From assembly GCA_965221165.1 (NCBI GenBank), contig CBDCRP010000003.1, positions 1,280,001-1,344,000 on the forward strand: DNA of 64,000 nucleotides, written 5' to 3'. The notes under the pieces are model-generated. The model had not been told where the DNA came from. It worked only from the letters and a program-made list of their open reading frames with translations, and did no database searches. Positions 9,073 to 22,173 of the stretch are shown here, in pieces. Source of the stretch: a bacterium. Lineage in GTDB: Bacteria; UBA8248. A program made the position numbers and the translations under genes. The stretch's first letter is position 1; every line of letters starts with the position of its first letter.

Positions 9073-10014
9073 ATGGATCGCAAGATCGGAGTCGGCCGGG
9101 CTTTACCTTCGATTATTCGGCGGATGGTGGCTGGAGGGGGGAAACGCTCCCTCCACAGCCACCTCCGCTGGGCGGGGTTCTTCTTCGTACTTCCTGCGCT
9201 CATTCATCTCGTAATCTTCAAGTTCTACCCCATGCTCCAGGCCTTCCGGCTGAGCTTCTACCGCTACGACCTCATGAGTCCGCCCGTATTCACCGGGTTC
9301 AAGAACTACAACCTTCTCTGGGAGAACCCGCTCTTCCACCAATCCTTCTGGGTTTCGGTGAAGTACATGTTCGGGGTCTCCATCCCGGAGTGGTTCTTCG
9401 CACTGGCGCTGGCTCTCCTTCTGAACCGAAGGATGCCGGGGCGTTCGGTCATCCGTCTGGCGTACTTCTTCCCAATCGCGATGTCGCAAATCGTGGTGGC
9501 CATGGTGTGGAAGTTCATGTACCACCCCTACGGCCTGGTGAACACGATTCTGGAGACCTTCGGAGTCGGTCGCATCAACTGGCTATCGATGGAGGAGTCT
9601 GCGCTGCCCGCCCTCATCGCCATCGGCATCTGGCGGGGCATTCCGCTTTTCGGCGTGATCTACCTGGCGGGCCTCCAGGCCATCCCGAAGGAATATCATG
9701 AGGCGGCCATCATCGACGGCGCGGGAGTGTTCCAGCGCTTCATTTACGTGACGATCCCCCTGCTTCTCCCCACGATACTCTTCGTGATGGTGTTGTCTCT
9801 CCTCTCGGCCGTAAAGGTTTTCCTGAACCCTTTGGTCATGACCGAAGGCGGCCCCAATGGAACGACCCGGGTGCTTCCCTACTTCATCTATGAAACGGGA
9901 TTCGCCTTCTTCCGAATGGGTGAGGCCGCCGCGGCTTCGACGGTGCTCTTTGTCTTCCTTTTCGGCCTGACCCTGTTTCAGTTGCGGCTCTTGCGCCGGG
10001 GAGGGGTGGAATGA
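9073..10014 (+). CDS. Carbohydrate ABC transporter permease
   Basis: EAA loop (YLAGLQAIPKEYHEAAIIDGA) and TM helices. Confidence 0.92.
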   Translation: MDRKIGVGRALPSIIRRMVAGGGKRSLHSHLRWAGFFFVLPALIHLVIFKFYPMLQAFRLSFYRYDLMSPPVFTGFKNYNLLWENPLFHQSFWVSVKYMFGVSIPEWFFALALALLLNRRMPGRSVIRLAYFFPIAMSQIVVAMVWKFMYHPYGLVNTILETFGVGRINWLSMEESALPALIAIGIWRGIPLFGVIYLAGLQAIPKEYHEAAIIDGAGVFQRFIYVTIPLLLPTILFVMVLSLLSAVKVFLNPLVMTEGGPNGTTRVLPYFIYETGFAFFRMGEAAAASTVLFVFLFGLTLFQLRLLRRGGVE

Positions 10015-10844
10015 GCCGAAAGACGCTGCTCCGTTGTGGAGGCGCGCTCATTTCCCTGCTCACTGTCCTGGGAGTCGGGGTGATGCTCCTGCCCTATTTC
10101 TGGATGGTCTCCTCCTCACTCAAGACGGGAATCGAGGTATTCGATCTTCCCATCCAATGGATACCGAATGTGATCCGGTGGGAGAACTATCCCAACGCTC
10201 TTTCCAAAGGGGCTTTCGGGGTCTATTTCTTCAACAGCTTCGTCGTGGCTTTCGCGGTCATGGGAGGGAACCTCGTTTTCTGCACCCTGGCGGGCTACGG
10301 CCTGGCCAAGTTCCGCTTCCGCCACCGGGAGCTGTGCTTCCGCTTCATCCTGAGCACCCTGATGCTCCCGCTGGAGATCGTGCTGGTGCCCACTTTCCTC
10401 GTGGTGCGAGAGTTGGGCCTCGTAAACACCTATGGCGGGCTGATCGCCCCATTGGCGGTGGACGCTTTCGGCGTCTTCCTCATGCGCCAGTCCATCAGGG
10501 ATATTCCGGACTCTTTCATCGAGGCGGCGCGGCTGGACGGATGCAGCGAGTTCGGCATCTTCTGGCGCATCATTCTTCCCAACTGCAAGCCCGCGCTGGG
10601 CGCGCTGGCGCTGCTCGCCTTCCGTGACAACTGGGACCAGTTCCTCTGGCCGTTCATCGTGGCGTCAAGCGACGCCTTGAAGACCTTCCCGCTCGGCCTG
10701 GCCCAGTTGGAGGGCATCGATTCGGCCGCCTACCATGAAATCATGGCGCTCGCGGTCCTGGGGATGATCCCGGCGGCATTCATATTCCTGTTCTTCCAGC
10801 GCGCATTCGTCCGCGGCATCACCCTCACCGGCCTGAAGGAGTGA
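10011..10844 (+). CDS. Carbohydrate ABC transporter permease
   Basis: IPDSFIEAARLDGCSEF EAA loop; ATGA overlap with the previous gene. Confidence 0.92.
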   Translation: MSRKTLLRCGGALISLLTVLGVGVMLLPYFWMVSSSLKTGIEVFDLPIQWIPNVIRWENYPNALSKGAFGVYFFNSFVVAFAVMGGNLVFCTLAGYGLAKFRFRHRELCFRFILSTLMLPLEIVLVPTFLVVRELGLVNTYGGLIAPLAVDAFGVFLMRQSIRDIPDSFIEAARLDGCSEFGIFWRIILPNCKPALGALALLAFRDNWDQFLWPFIVASSDALKTFPLGLAQLEGIDSAAYHEIMALAVLGMIPAAFIFLFFQRAFVRGITLTGLKE

Positions 10845-10940
10845 GGACCTGATATGTTAAGATTGACTCTACCCATCAAGCCCGGGAAGATCGTTCTATG
10901 CGATCTTCCGCCGCGCCACTTGTAAGGAAGGGAGTCCTAA

Positions 10941-12020
<1,080 letters not shown>

Positions 12021-12286
12021 GGCGCGGCGCCTGCGCTCCGCAACCATTGAATCCCGCGCTCCGCAAATGGGGGGCGCCGGAAATATGCACAAACGGGACC
12101 TGGCGGGACGGCGGGAGTAACCACAAGGCTTATGGGGCGGCGGCGCGGCTCACCCCGCCCGTGGCTGCGCGCATTGGTGAAAAAAGGTGAAAAAAGGAAA
12201 AAATATCGCTAAATACCTGAAAATTACTGAAAATTTAAGCTATTGTAAAATATAGGTTTATTCGTTTTTAGCCTGAAATATGGCCT

Positions 12287-13309
12287 TTAGGCGTCCTCCG
12301 CCTTGAGCGGCCGCGACATGAGGGCTCTCACGGCGTCTTCGGGATGATGGCCCTCGAACAATATGGCATGGACTTCCCGGCATATGGGCATCTCCACCCC
12401 GAACTTATCCGCAAGCCCCACGGCGGCAGGCGCCGTGGAGACGCCCTCGGCGACGGCCGTCATGGATTCCAGGATTTTCTCCAAAGACTCGCCTTTGCCC
12501 AGACGCAGGCCCACCGTTCTGTTCCTGCTCAGGTCGCCGGTGCACGTGAGCACCAGATCTCCCATTCCCGCAAGGCTGGCGAACGTCTCCAACTTACCGC
12601 CCATGGCTACGCCCAAGCGCCCGATTTCCGCCAGGCCACGCACGATGAGCGCCGCCCTCGCGTTCAACCCGAGGCCCATTCCATCGGCTATGCCCGCCGC
12701 CAGGGCGATGACGTTTTTAAGCGCCCCGCCGAGTTGGGTGCCGATGGGGTCGGCGCCCGTGTAAATCCTGAAATTGGGCGCAGAGAGCTCCCCTTGAATC
12801 ACGCCCGCCACACCGGAATCATCAGACGCCGTCGTGATGGCCGTGGGTTTTCTCTCCGCAAGCTCGCGGGCAAACGTAGGCCCCGAGAGGCAAGCAAGCG
12901 CGCGCCGCTCAAAACCCGCTTCATGGATACATCCCGAGATAACCTGGGTGGGCAGGCACAGGGTTTTTTCTTCCACGCCCTTCGTGGCGCTCGCAACAAT
13001 CGTTTCCTCATGAATCGAGGGCGCCAGCTTCGTCCACACGCCTCGAACCACATGACTCGGCATGACGCTCACGAGGATATCCTGCCCCGCCGAGGCCGCT
13101 TCCGCCAAATCGGACGTGAATCGCAAACTTTCATGCAGGGCAACGCCCGGGAGATACAGGTCATTTTCACGGTGCGACGCCATACGGGAACAAAGGTCTG
13201 CTTCAAAAACCCAAAGCGTCACTTCGTGGCCGATTTCAGAAAACAAATCCGCCAGCGCAGTCCCCCAGGCGCCGGCGCCAATTACGGAAATTCGCTGCGG
13301 CGTCATCAT
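12287..13309 (-). CDS. gpsA: NAD(P)H-dependent glycerol-3-phosphate dehydrogenase
   Basis: GAGAWGTALA, LSGPTFA, GGALKNVIA and GDLVLTCTGDLSRN motifs. Confidence 0.95.
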   Translation of the reverse strand: MMTPQRISVIGAGAWGTALADLFSEIGHEVTLWVFEADLCSRMASHRENDLYLPGVALHESLRFTSDLAEAASAGQDILVSVMPSHVVRGVWTKLAPSIHEETIVASATKGVEEKTLCLPTQVISGCIHEAGFERRALACLSGPTFARELAERKPTAITTASDDSGVAGVIQGELSAPNFRIYTGADPIGTQLGGALKNVIALAAGIADGMGLGLNARAALIVRGLAEIGRLGVAMGGKLETFASLAGMGDLVLTCTGDLSRNRTVGLRLGKGESLEKILESMTAVAEGVSTAPAAVGLADKFGVEMPICREVHAILFEGHHPEDAVRALMSRPLKAEDA

Positions 13310-13875
13310 TTTGCACGACCCGTTTTTCTCTTCGCCGCTTTTCGCTTAGTCCTGGTCGCTCTTTTCTCCGCCAATACCTGTTTCCTGGCCATATCGCCCT
13401 GGGCGACGGCCTTTTTGCCCGCGGCCGTTCTCGCTTCCCACTTTAATTTGTGCTTCAGGTGCTTCTCTTCTTCCCAAAGGTGCTGTGTGCCATCGCCCAT
13501 GAAGACGACAAAAACTTCACAGCCATCAGGGTATTCATAAGGCCCATGCGGCAAATCCCACCCGAAAACATAATCGCCCGGCCGCAAATCCTTACCCGCT
13601 ACACACATCCTGCCCCTGGTCACCAAGATGGAATGCCAACTCTTGTGCGTATGCCGAGGTTCTACATAGCCTTTGGGAAATTTCACCTTCATGTCGATTC
13701 GCTTCATCACCGGATCATGGGCGAAAATTTTCACCTTCACCCCTTTCGGCAGAGTAAGGAGATCGTTGCTCACATCTTCTTGCCACTCGACATCCTTGGC
13801 ATAGATAGCGCGGAAACGGTGGTCAAAATCTTTTTTTGCAGTCTTTTTCTTGGTTGTTCGTTTTTTAGCCGGCAT
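13306..13875 (-). CDS. Cupin-domain protein (ChrR-like) with Lys-rich termini
   Basis: PRHTH and PHGPY cupin motifs; start chosen at MPAKK. Confidence 0.65.
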   Translation of the reverse strand: MPAKKRTTKKKTAKKDFDHRFRAIYAKDVEWQEDVSNDLLTLPKGVKVKIFAHDPVMKRIDMKVKFPKGYVEPRHTHKSWHSILVTRGRMCVAGKDLRPGDYVFGWDLPHGPYEYPDGCEVFVVFMGDGTQHLWEEEKHLKHKLKWEARTAAGKKAVAQGDMARKQVLAEKRATRTKRKAAKRKTGRAK

Positions 13876-14114
13876 GTTTCCTCCCACTTAAGGTTATCGA
13901 GAATTCAACAATGAAGGTTATTGGTCCAAATCGTTTTCCCTTAGATTTTCTTTCTTCTCACGCAAATGGCCAAGCTCTGCCGAGCGCTCACCCGAGTAAA
14001 CTCATCCGCAAGGTGAACTGCCCCCAAAGCATCAGAATATATAATGGGCAAAAGTATACTTTATACGGGGAGAACCACGAAACGAGAAACTGATTTTCTG
14101 AAAAGATGGCAGCT

Positions 14115-14786
14115 TTATTCGTTCAGCACAAAAATTCGAGAGGCGATATCGCGGCCCAATGTATGTTCCTTACCATTGACCAATAGCGTCACCGTACCAG
14201 CGAGAGGCAATTGTTCAATGACCTCTATGGGCATTTCCGGGAAGAAGCCGAGCTCACCCAAATATCGCAATATATTCGGGTCATCCTGTAATACACGGGT
14301 GATTTTTGTGGCGCGGCCCACCTCGAGAGAGATGAGGACGATTTCTTTGGTGTCAATCATGGTGCCGTCTTTTGCGGGAATCGGATCTCCGTGGGGATCG
14401 AGGGTAGGATAGCCAAGCGCCTTATCCAAAACGGCTTCTAGTTCCTCGCTCAAGACGTGTTCCAACTCTTCCGCCTCGACATCTACTTTGTCCCACTCAA
14501 TGCCCATCTTTTGGTTGAGATACAATTCGAGCAATCGATGATGTCTGATAATCTCTAAGGCGACCTTCTCCCCTTTTGGGCTTAAAACTACCCCCTTATA
14601 AGGCCTATATGTCAACAAACCCAAATGATCGAGTTTTTTGATCATGCTCGTCACCGATGCCGCCGATATTTCCAGACATTCCGCAATGGCGCTCGTCGCA
14701 ACAGGAGATGCTTCCTGTTGAAGCTTAAAGATATTTTTCAAATAATCTTCGATTTGTTTACTCAGACGCGGCGATGACTCGGGCAA
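14115..14786 (-). CDS. DtxR/MntR family metal-dependent regulator with FeoA domain
   Basis: EDYLKNIFKL, RHHRLLELYL, EAEELEHVLS and DPHGDPIP motifs. Confidence 0.93.
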   Translation of the reverse strand: MPESSPRLSKQIEDYLKNIFKLQQEASPVATSAIAECLEISAASVTSMIKKLDHLGLLTYRPYKGVVLSPKGEKVALEIIRHHRLLELYLNQKMGIEWDKVDVEAEELEHVLSEELEAVLDKALGYPTLDPHGDPIPAKDGTMIDTKEIVLISLEVGRATKITRVLQDDPNILRYLGELGFFPEMPIEVIEQLPLAGTVTLLVNGKEHTLGRDIASRIFVLNE

Positions 14787-14900
14787 AGGACAATCCTCTG
14801 ATTAGCAGATCGAAACCAAAGAAATAATCCTAAAATCAGCATTTTCAAGTGTCAACCAACCACATCACCCGGAAAAGCAGAAACAACGGCCCCGCTCGGC

Positions 14901-16178
14901 TCACTCGTATACAAATGTGGCTGTTATTGATTTGCGTTCAAGACCCACAGGAAACGGCTCGAACGGCGCCGCCTTGGTGACGGCGGCCATCGCCAAATCA
15001 TCGAGAATTCGAATACCTGCAGACTTGATCAAACGCACCTCCTCCAAAGTTCCATTTTTTCTCAACCGAAAACGCAACAACAACTTGCCCCCGTATTTTT
15101 GCGCCTCCACAGGCCATATCCAGGCGTTCTGTATTCTTCTCTTTATGTGAGCGAAATAAGAAGCGTACCGGAAATCACGGGTATCAAGCGAAATGGTTTC
15201 ACCTTTTTCTTTTTCCAGGTCTTTATCCAACAAACTTTTTTTCGCGATTCTGTCTGCTTCCTCATCCGAAAGATCGAATTTGGGGAGATTGGGCTTGCCT
15301 TTGGGCCGGGGTTTCACCCTGAACAGCGCCAAAGGGTCCTGTGGTTGCGGCCTCTTGGTGGCTGGACGTTGTGGCCGAATCGGCCGAGGTACCGGTTTCA
15401 ACGCGGCTACTTTAAGCTTCTCTTTTCTTTTTCCCTTTGCCCGAATTTTCTTTTTCTCTTTAGGGGGTTTCTTCCTTACGACCTTCTTCAGCACCTTTTT
15501 CTTGACCACCGGCCTAGGCTTGCGCTTGTCCTTTACAACAACCTTGGTTGCTATTTTTTTCTTTCTTGGTTTTTCAACCGCTTTTGGCTTTTCTTTTGAT
15601 TTTATCTTTTCTTTTGGTTTGATTTTTTCTCTACGAGCAGGTGATGGGATTTTAAGTTGAGGCTTAGGGGCCGGGCCAAGTCTCGCCGTTTCTATTAACT
15701 GGGGCGTTTCCTTTGTTTCCGATCTCTGCAGAGGTTTCCTTTCCTTCGATTTCTCCACTTTTTTAAGCTCGGGCTTCGGTATCACGACTGCCGGGGGTGT
15801 TGGCCGCACCGGCGGGGCTACTGGAACTGGAAACTTCGATTTTGGAACAGGCGCTAAAGACGCTACCTTAGGGACAAGCTCACCTCTACGAGAGGGAATC
15901 CGGTCTTTGTTTTCGCGCCTTAAGCGCGGGGTCTTGCCGGGTTTGCCGGAACCACTTTCTTTTCGGTTGGCATTCGATAAAAATCGACTTTTAGAGTTCA
16001 GTGGAAGTTTTTCCTTGGGTTGCTCGACAGATACGATTCGAAACTTGAAGGGCTGGCTCATCTGGGTGGATTTTTGCCAAACATACTCATGACTTGAGGC
16101 TGCGAACACGAACAAGTGCAACGAAAATGACACAAAAAAAAGGGTGAGAGGGAGTTTTTTCGACTCATTTCTTGCCAT
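14901..16178 (-). CDS. TonB family energy transducer
   Basis: N-terminal TM containing S..LH, long Pro/Lys-rich linker, TonB C-terminal domain (IQNAWIWP...SAG...LDDLA...AAPF). Confidence 0.8.
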   Translation of the reverse strand: MARNESKKLPLTLFFVSFSLHLFVFAASSHEYVWQKSTQMSQPFKFRIVSVEQPKEKLPLNSKSRFLSNANRKESGSGKPGKTPRLRRENKDRIPSRRGELVPKVASLAPVPKSKFPVPVAPPVRPTPPAVVIPKPELKKVEKSKERKPLQRSETKETPQLIETARLGPAPKPQLKIPSPARREKIKPKEKIKSKEKPKAVEKPRKKKIATKVVVKDKRKPRPVVKKKVLKKVVRKKPPKEKKKIRAKGKRKEKLKVAALKPVPRPIRPQRPATKRPQPQDPLALFRVKPRPKGKPNLPKFDLSDEEADRIAKKSLLDKDLEKEKGETISLDTRDFRYASYFAHIKRRIQNAWIWPVEAQKYGGKLLLRFRLRKNGTLEEVRLIKSAGIRILDDLAMAAVTKAAPFEPFPVGLERKSITATFVYE

Positions 16179-16322
16179 ATATCCCCCTCTGCCTGATCCC
16201 CATCATCGTATGTATCCGTAAGAGAAGGCAAATTTGTGGCATGAGTCCTGAAAATCTCCCCATGTTTGAATCTTATGAGACGAACCACTTCTCTTCAAGG
16301 CGCCCGGAAAACAGATCTCCAT

Positions 16323-16353
16323 AAAAAAAGGGGGCCTCTCAGAGGCCCCCTTT
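16323..16353 (-). terminator. Intrinsic terminator of groESL
   Basis: AAAGGGGGCCTCT-C-AGAGGCCCCCTTT hairpin followed by a U-tract on the minus strand. Confidence 0.85.
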
Positions 16354-16371
16354 GAACATCAAAACAACAAC

Positions 16372-18344
<1,973 letters not shown>

Positions 18345-18480
18345 CACTTCCTCCTTGTAAAAAATAAAGAAATGTTGCTTCTAATCGAGACACCCAACTG
18401 AAAATGATCTCTATCTTCCGCAAGTCGTCATTCGGGCGAAACGACTCCCGAACTCTCTACCCTCTTCCTTCTGAGCGAGG

Positions 18481-18509
18481 TATATAGGGGAAAAGAAACC
18501 ATTTGTCAA
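18481..18509 (-). promoter_or_regulatory. Sigma70-type promoter of groESL
   Basis: Minus strand TTGACA-17 nt-TATATA. Confidence 0.7.
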
Positions 18510-18515
18510 GCGCTG

Positions 18516-18542
18516 TTAGCACTCAAGGCACTAGACTGCTAA
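18516..18542. promoter_or_regulatory. CIRCE operator (HrcA site) of groESL
   Basis: TTAGCACTC-N9-GACTGCTAA, one mismatch to consensus TTAGCACTC-N9-GAGTGCTAA. Confidence 0.92.
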
Positions 18543-18762
18543 CAATGCGGTTACTTCAATTAAATATCTGATTTCTATTCACTTATCGGTACATCCGGAA
18601 GTGGCGTCGGGTCCAGCATGAAAAAAATCCTGGAATTTTCGCTAAATCCCGCCCCTCGTCCATCCCGTGATCGGATGACGTATTCCGCGCCATGGGCTAT
18701 CTTCTTCTCGATTCATGGAGAATTTCATATACAGGCATCAATGCAGAAGGAGTTATATTGAA

Positions 18763-19539
18763 ATGCCATACAAGAACCTGTTGATCGAGAAATCACAAGG
18801 CATCGCGCTCATCACCATCAACCGTCCCGAGAAGCGAAACGCGCTCGACCCCCAGACGTGGCGCGAGGTGGGAACCGTGGTGGAAGAACTCGAGGCTGAC
18901 GATGACGTTCAGGTCATCATCTTCACGGGCGCGGGCGAGAAATGCTTCGCCGCAGGTTCGGACATCACCCAGATCAAGAATCGAAGCCTCATCGACGGGC
19001 TGGCGGCCCCCTCGCAGCGCGCGCTGATGCGGCTCGAGGTGATCGAAAAACCGATAATCGCCGCGGTCAACGGCTTCGCTCTCGGCGGAGGATGCGAACT
19101 TTCCATGGCTTGCGACATCCGCATCGCGAGCGAAAACGCCAGGTTCGGACAACCAGAAGTCAATCTCGGCATCATGCCCGGAGCCGGCGGCACCCAAAGG
19201 CTCACCTCCCTCGTGGGCGTTGGCAAAGCAAAAGAACTTATTCTGACCGGTGATATCATCGACGCGCACGAGGCCCACCGCATCGGGCTGGTCAATTAGA
19301 TCGTTCCGGGGGAGAAGTTGCTGGAAGCCGCCCGGGAATGCGCGAAAAAGATGATGAGCAAGGGCCCGCTGGCGGTGCGCATCGCGAAAATCGCCATCAA
19401 CACGGGTCTCAAGTTCGGGCCCGAGGCGGGCATGGTTGCCGAGCGGCTGGGGCAGGCCTGCCTGATGACGACCGAGGACAAAGTCGAGGGCACCTCCGCG
19501 TTCCTGGAGAAAAGAGCCGCCGATTTTCAGGGAAGATGA
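18763..19539 (+). pseudogene. Enoyl-CoA hydratase/crotonase interrupted by in-frame TAG at 19297-19299
   Basis: FAAGSDI, AVNGFALGGGCEL and GQPEVNLG motifs. The C-terminus (EDKVEGTSAFLEKR) continues in the same frame after the stop. Confidence 0.8.
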
Positions 19540-19746
19540 GCAATTTAGTACTTATGGGGGCAATCACATCCGGAGAAGAAACGCCCGACCGGCGCTACAA
19601 ATGAGGGCAACTGCGGGGAATTGCGCCCCGAACCCGAGCGGCTCGCGCGGTACGGGTACGTCATGACGAAATAGGGACGTTCCACTAGCAGGACGCATGG
19701 CTGCCTGGCGTCACCGCCGGTGGGCATAAAAGTGGGGGTTACTCCT

Positions 19747-20373
19747 CTACCCCGCCAACCCATCAATAATGCCCCGCCACTCATTGGGCGTAACTTCCAC
19801 GATTCGCATCTCGCCTATCGAGACGCTGCAGATCACGACGTCGACTTCGAGTTCCCTCATCGACGCGAGGCTGCGCGCCAGTTCCGCCTCATCGCCCCCG
19901 TCGTCGCCGACGACGATGGTCTTCCACTCTCCACCATCGAGATAAATCGCGTCTCCCGTAAAGAGATACGTCTTGCCGTGGGGCGAGCGGTAGCGATAGC
20001 AGACGCTGTTATTCGTGTGGCCCGGCGTATGGATCACCTCTATGTCGCCGAGATACTCGCGCGGGGGAGAATCGAAAAGCACGTCGGCCGAAACCGCATT
20101 AGGGAGATAAGGCGCAGCGAGCGCGTGGCAACACAATTTGGAGTCGAAACGGCCGGCCACCTCGGCGAGCGACTCGCCCACTTCGTGACAGTGGCTCAGG
20201 CAGTGATGCGCGATTCCTCCCAAATCGCCAATCTCCTCGAAATCGCCGGAGCTTCTGGGGTTATAAAAGAGGACGTTGCCTCCCGGGCGTTCGAGAAGAT
20301 AGGCGTGCACGGTCAAAACCGAAAATTGCTTCTCTTCGGCCGTCTGCCACAGGTCGGGGTAGAGACGCTTCAT
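19747..20373 (-). CDS. MBL-fold metallo-hydrolase
   Basis: SHCHE, HTPGHT and LFTGD motifs. Confidence 0.8.
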   Translation of the reverse strand: MKRLYPDLWQTAEEKQFSVLTVHAYLLERPGGNVLFYNPRSSGDFEEIGDLGGIAHHCLSHCHEVGESLAEVAGRFDSKLCCHALAAPYLPNAVSADVLFDSPPREYLGDIEVIHTPGHTNNSVCYRYRSPHGKTYLFTGDAIYLDGGEWKTIVVGDDGGDEAELARSLASMRELEVDVVICSVSIGEMRIVEVTPNEWRGIIDGLAG

Positions 20374-20489
20374 GCTTTGGGTCCCTCACTTAATGAGCCG
20401 GGCCGCTCGTCGTCATGACCCGGAGGGCCACGCTATGCCATAGCGCACGAGAAGGGAGGGATGCCGGGGATGAAGAAAACATCGGCTCG

Positions 20490-20609
20490 CAATTCCTCCC
20501 TCTTCAGTCGAAACAATTCCTCCCTCTTCAGTCGAAACAATTCCTCCCTCCTCGGTCGAAACAATTCCTCCCTCCTCGGTCGAAACAATTCCTCCCTCCT
20601 CGGTCGGAA
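20490..20609. repeat. Tandem repeat, 5 x 24 bp (CAATTCCTCCCTCYTCRGTCGAAA)
   Basis: Units start at 20490, 20514, 20538, 20562 and 20586; no spacers. Confidence 0.95.
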
Positions 20610-20617
20610 TTGACCCC

Positions 20618-20908
20618 TTACGACGACTCGTTATAGGAGATGAAGGTGATGTCCACCGCCTCGTTGCGGCCGGGGATCAGGGCCTGGTAGCCGTCCGAGT
20701 AATACCATTTCTCCACCGCCTCCTGGTCGGGGAACTTCAGGAGGACGAATATGCTCCTGTCGTGCTCGCCGGTGAGAACCTTTACGAGTTCTCCGCCCAG
20801 CACGAACTCGCCCCCGACGGAGGCGACGATAGCTAGCCCCTGCTCGGCGTAGTTGTTGAATCCTTCTTCGTCTTTGACGGTGATATGTCCGACCACGAAT
20901 GCGCTCAT
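20618..20908 (-). CDS. DUF1330 domain protein
   Basis: Start at MSAFVVG; LLKFPDQEAVEKWYYSDGYQAL...R signature. Confidence 0.85.
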   Translation of the reverse strand: MSAFVVGHITVKDEEGFNNYAEQGLAIVASVGGEFVLGGELVKVLTGEHDRSIFVLLKFPDQEAVEKWYYSDGYQALIPGRNEAVDITFISYNESS

Positions 20909-21179
20909 GTTCACTCCTTTCGCAAATGGGGCCGACAGCCCGGAAACGCTTCGCGCCGCGCGACCCGGTAAATGAAATAAGGATTTCACGCCGCAGACAT
21001 CGCGGCGTCTCTCATGTCTCCTCGTCAACCGGCCTTCGCCGGACTGAAAAGCAAAGCACCATGAAAACCTCGGGATATCCCAAGGTTTCATAAACCGCCT
21101 TCGGGATCAACGCCGCCCGAACGATGTGGGAATGAGGGCGTGCGGACTTTCCCTCCCCGTTCGGAACCGGCCTCGGGGC

Positions 21180-21970
21180 ATCACTCCCCCTTCGTTAGGA
21201 GAATCGGTCTGTAGGGGACGCATATATGCGGCCCTCCCTTTCGCCTTCATAATGCGGGTCGCATATATGCGCCCCCTACACCCCCTCGCATCCATCGAAA
21301 CCGAACCGCACCGCCGTCATTCCGGTGTCAAACCCGACCGGGGAGGGGTTGTTGAAAAAGTCCTGATTTAGTGATTTGGCGAATGGAACCAACCGGGGAG
21401 GGGGGTCCGTAGCGGACAGGCCCCTTTGCCTGTCCGAGGTCGCGACTTGTGGGACAGCCCCGAGGAGGGGCTGTCACTACGAGGCGGTGCGGTTTTGTTC
21501 GTCATTCCGGCGCATGCCGGAATCCATGTGTTTTGCCTTTGTTTTTTATTTTCTGATTGATTCCCGCCAATGAGGGGGAGATGAAAAGCCGGAGTATTGT
21601 CATTCCGCTCGGCAATGGATTCCGCAGCCCCTCCTTCCTCAGTCGGGACTGACACCGGAATGACGGCGGTCAATTCCGACCGAGAAGGGGTTTTTCAACA
21701 ACCCCGGGGAGGAAGGGTTTGCGGAATCCAGGGAATTTGTCCTTCGTCTTTCATTTTCCGGCACCATCCCCGCTTTATCGTAGAAGAATGAAACGCCTTG
21801 GCATATCCACCCCGTCGGTTCTGGCCAACCTGTCGGTTGTCACCGGCATACGCCGGAATGACGAACCAAACCCTCCCATCTCCATTGGGATTGACCGATT
21901 GACCCTCAAATTCCTCGGTCTTGTAGGGGCCGTTCGCGAACGTGGGCCGTTTGAAAGAACGGCCCCTACC
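21180..21970. repeat. Cluster of REP-like, ATTCCG-N8-CGGAAT and IS-end-like inverted repeats
   Basis: GTAG REPs at 21211-21234, 21256-21279 and 21923-21969; inverted repeats 21311-21338/21642-21669 and 21345-21359/21691-21705; palindrome at 21500-21526. Confidence 0.8.
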
Positions 21971-22173
21971 GATTGGCACATCGTTCCGGCAACCCCTCTC
22001 CTGTTTTTCGGGCTGGCCGCCGGATTTCTTTTGGGTTAATATGAGGCATACAACGTGAAGTGGAGTAAACCATCGCCCATGCTTGGTTTTTACGCGCCCC
22101 GGCGCAGGAGGGTTTCATTCAGATTCGCCCGAGTGTTCTTTTTTGTTTCTGATTTCGTGGGGGAAATCCGGTC

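Noticed and set aside
19297-19299. Pyrrolysine or stop-codon reassignment
   Set aside because: Many intact genes here end in TAG and no pyl genes are in the window.
20490-20609. Possible CRISPR array
   Set aside because: Units are contiguous with no unique spacers, and there are no cas genes in the window.
21107-22039. Short ORFs in repeat clusters (also 27418-28102, 29270-29746, 51648-51971)
   Set aside because: They are translations of REP/MITE palindromes (recurring GRIYAAL, IPACAGMT peptides), not genes.
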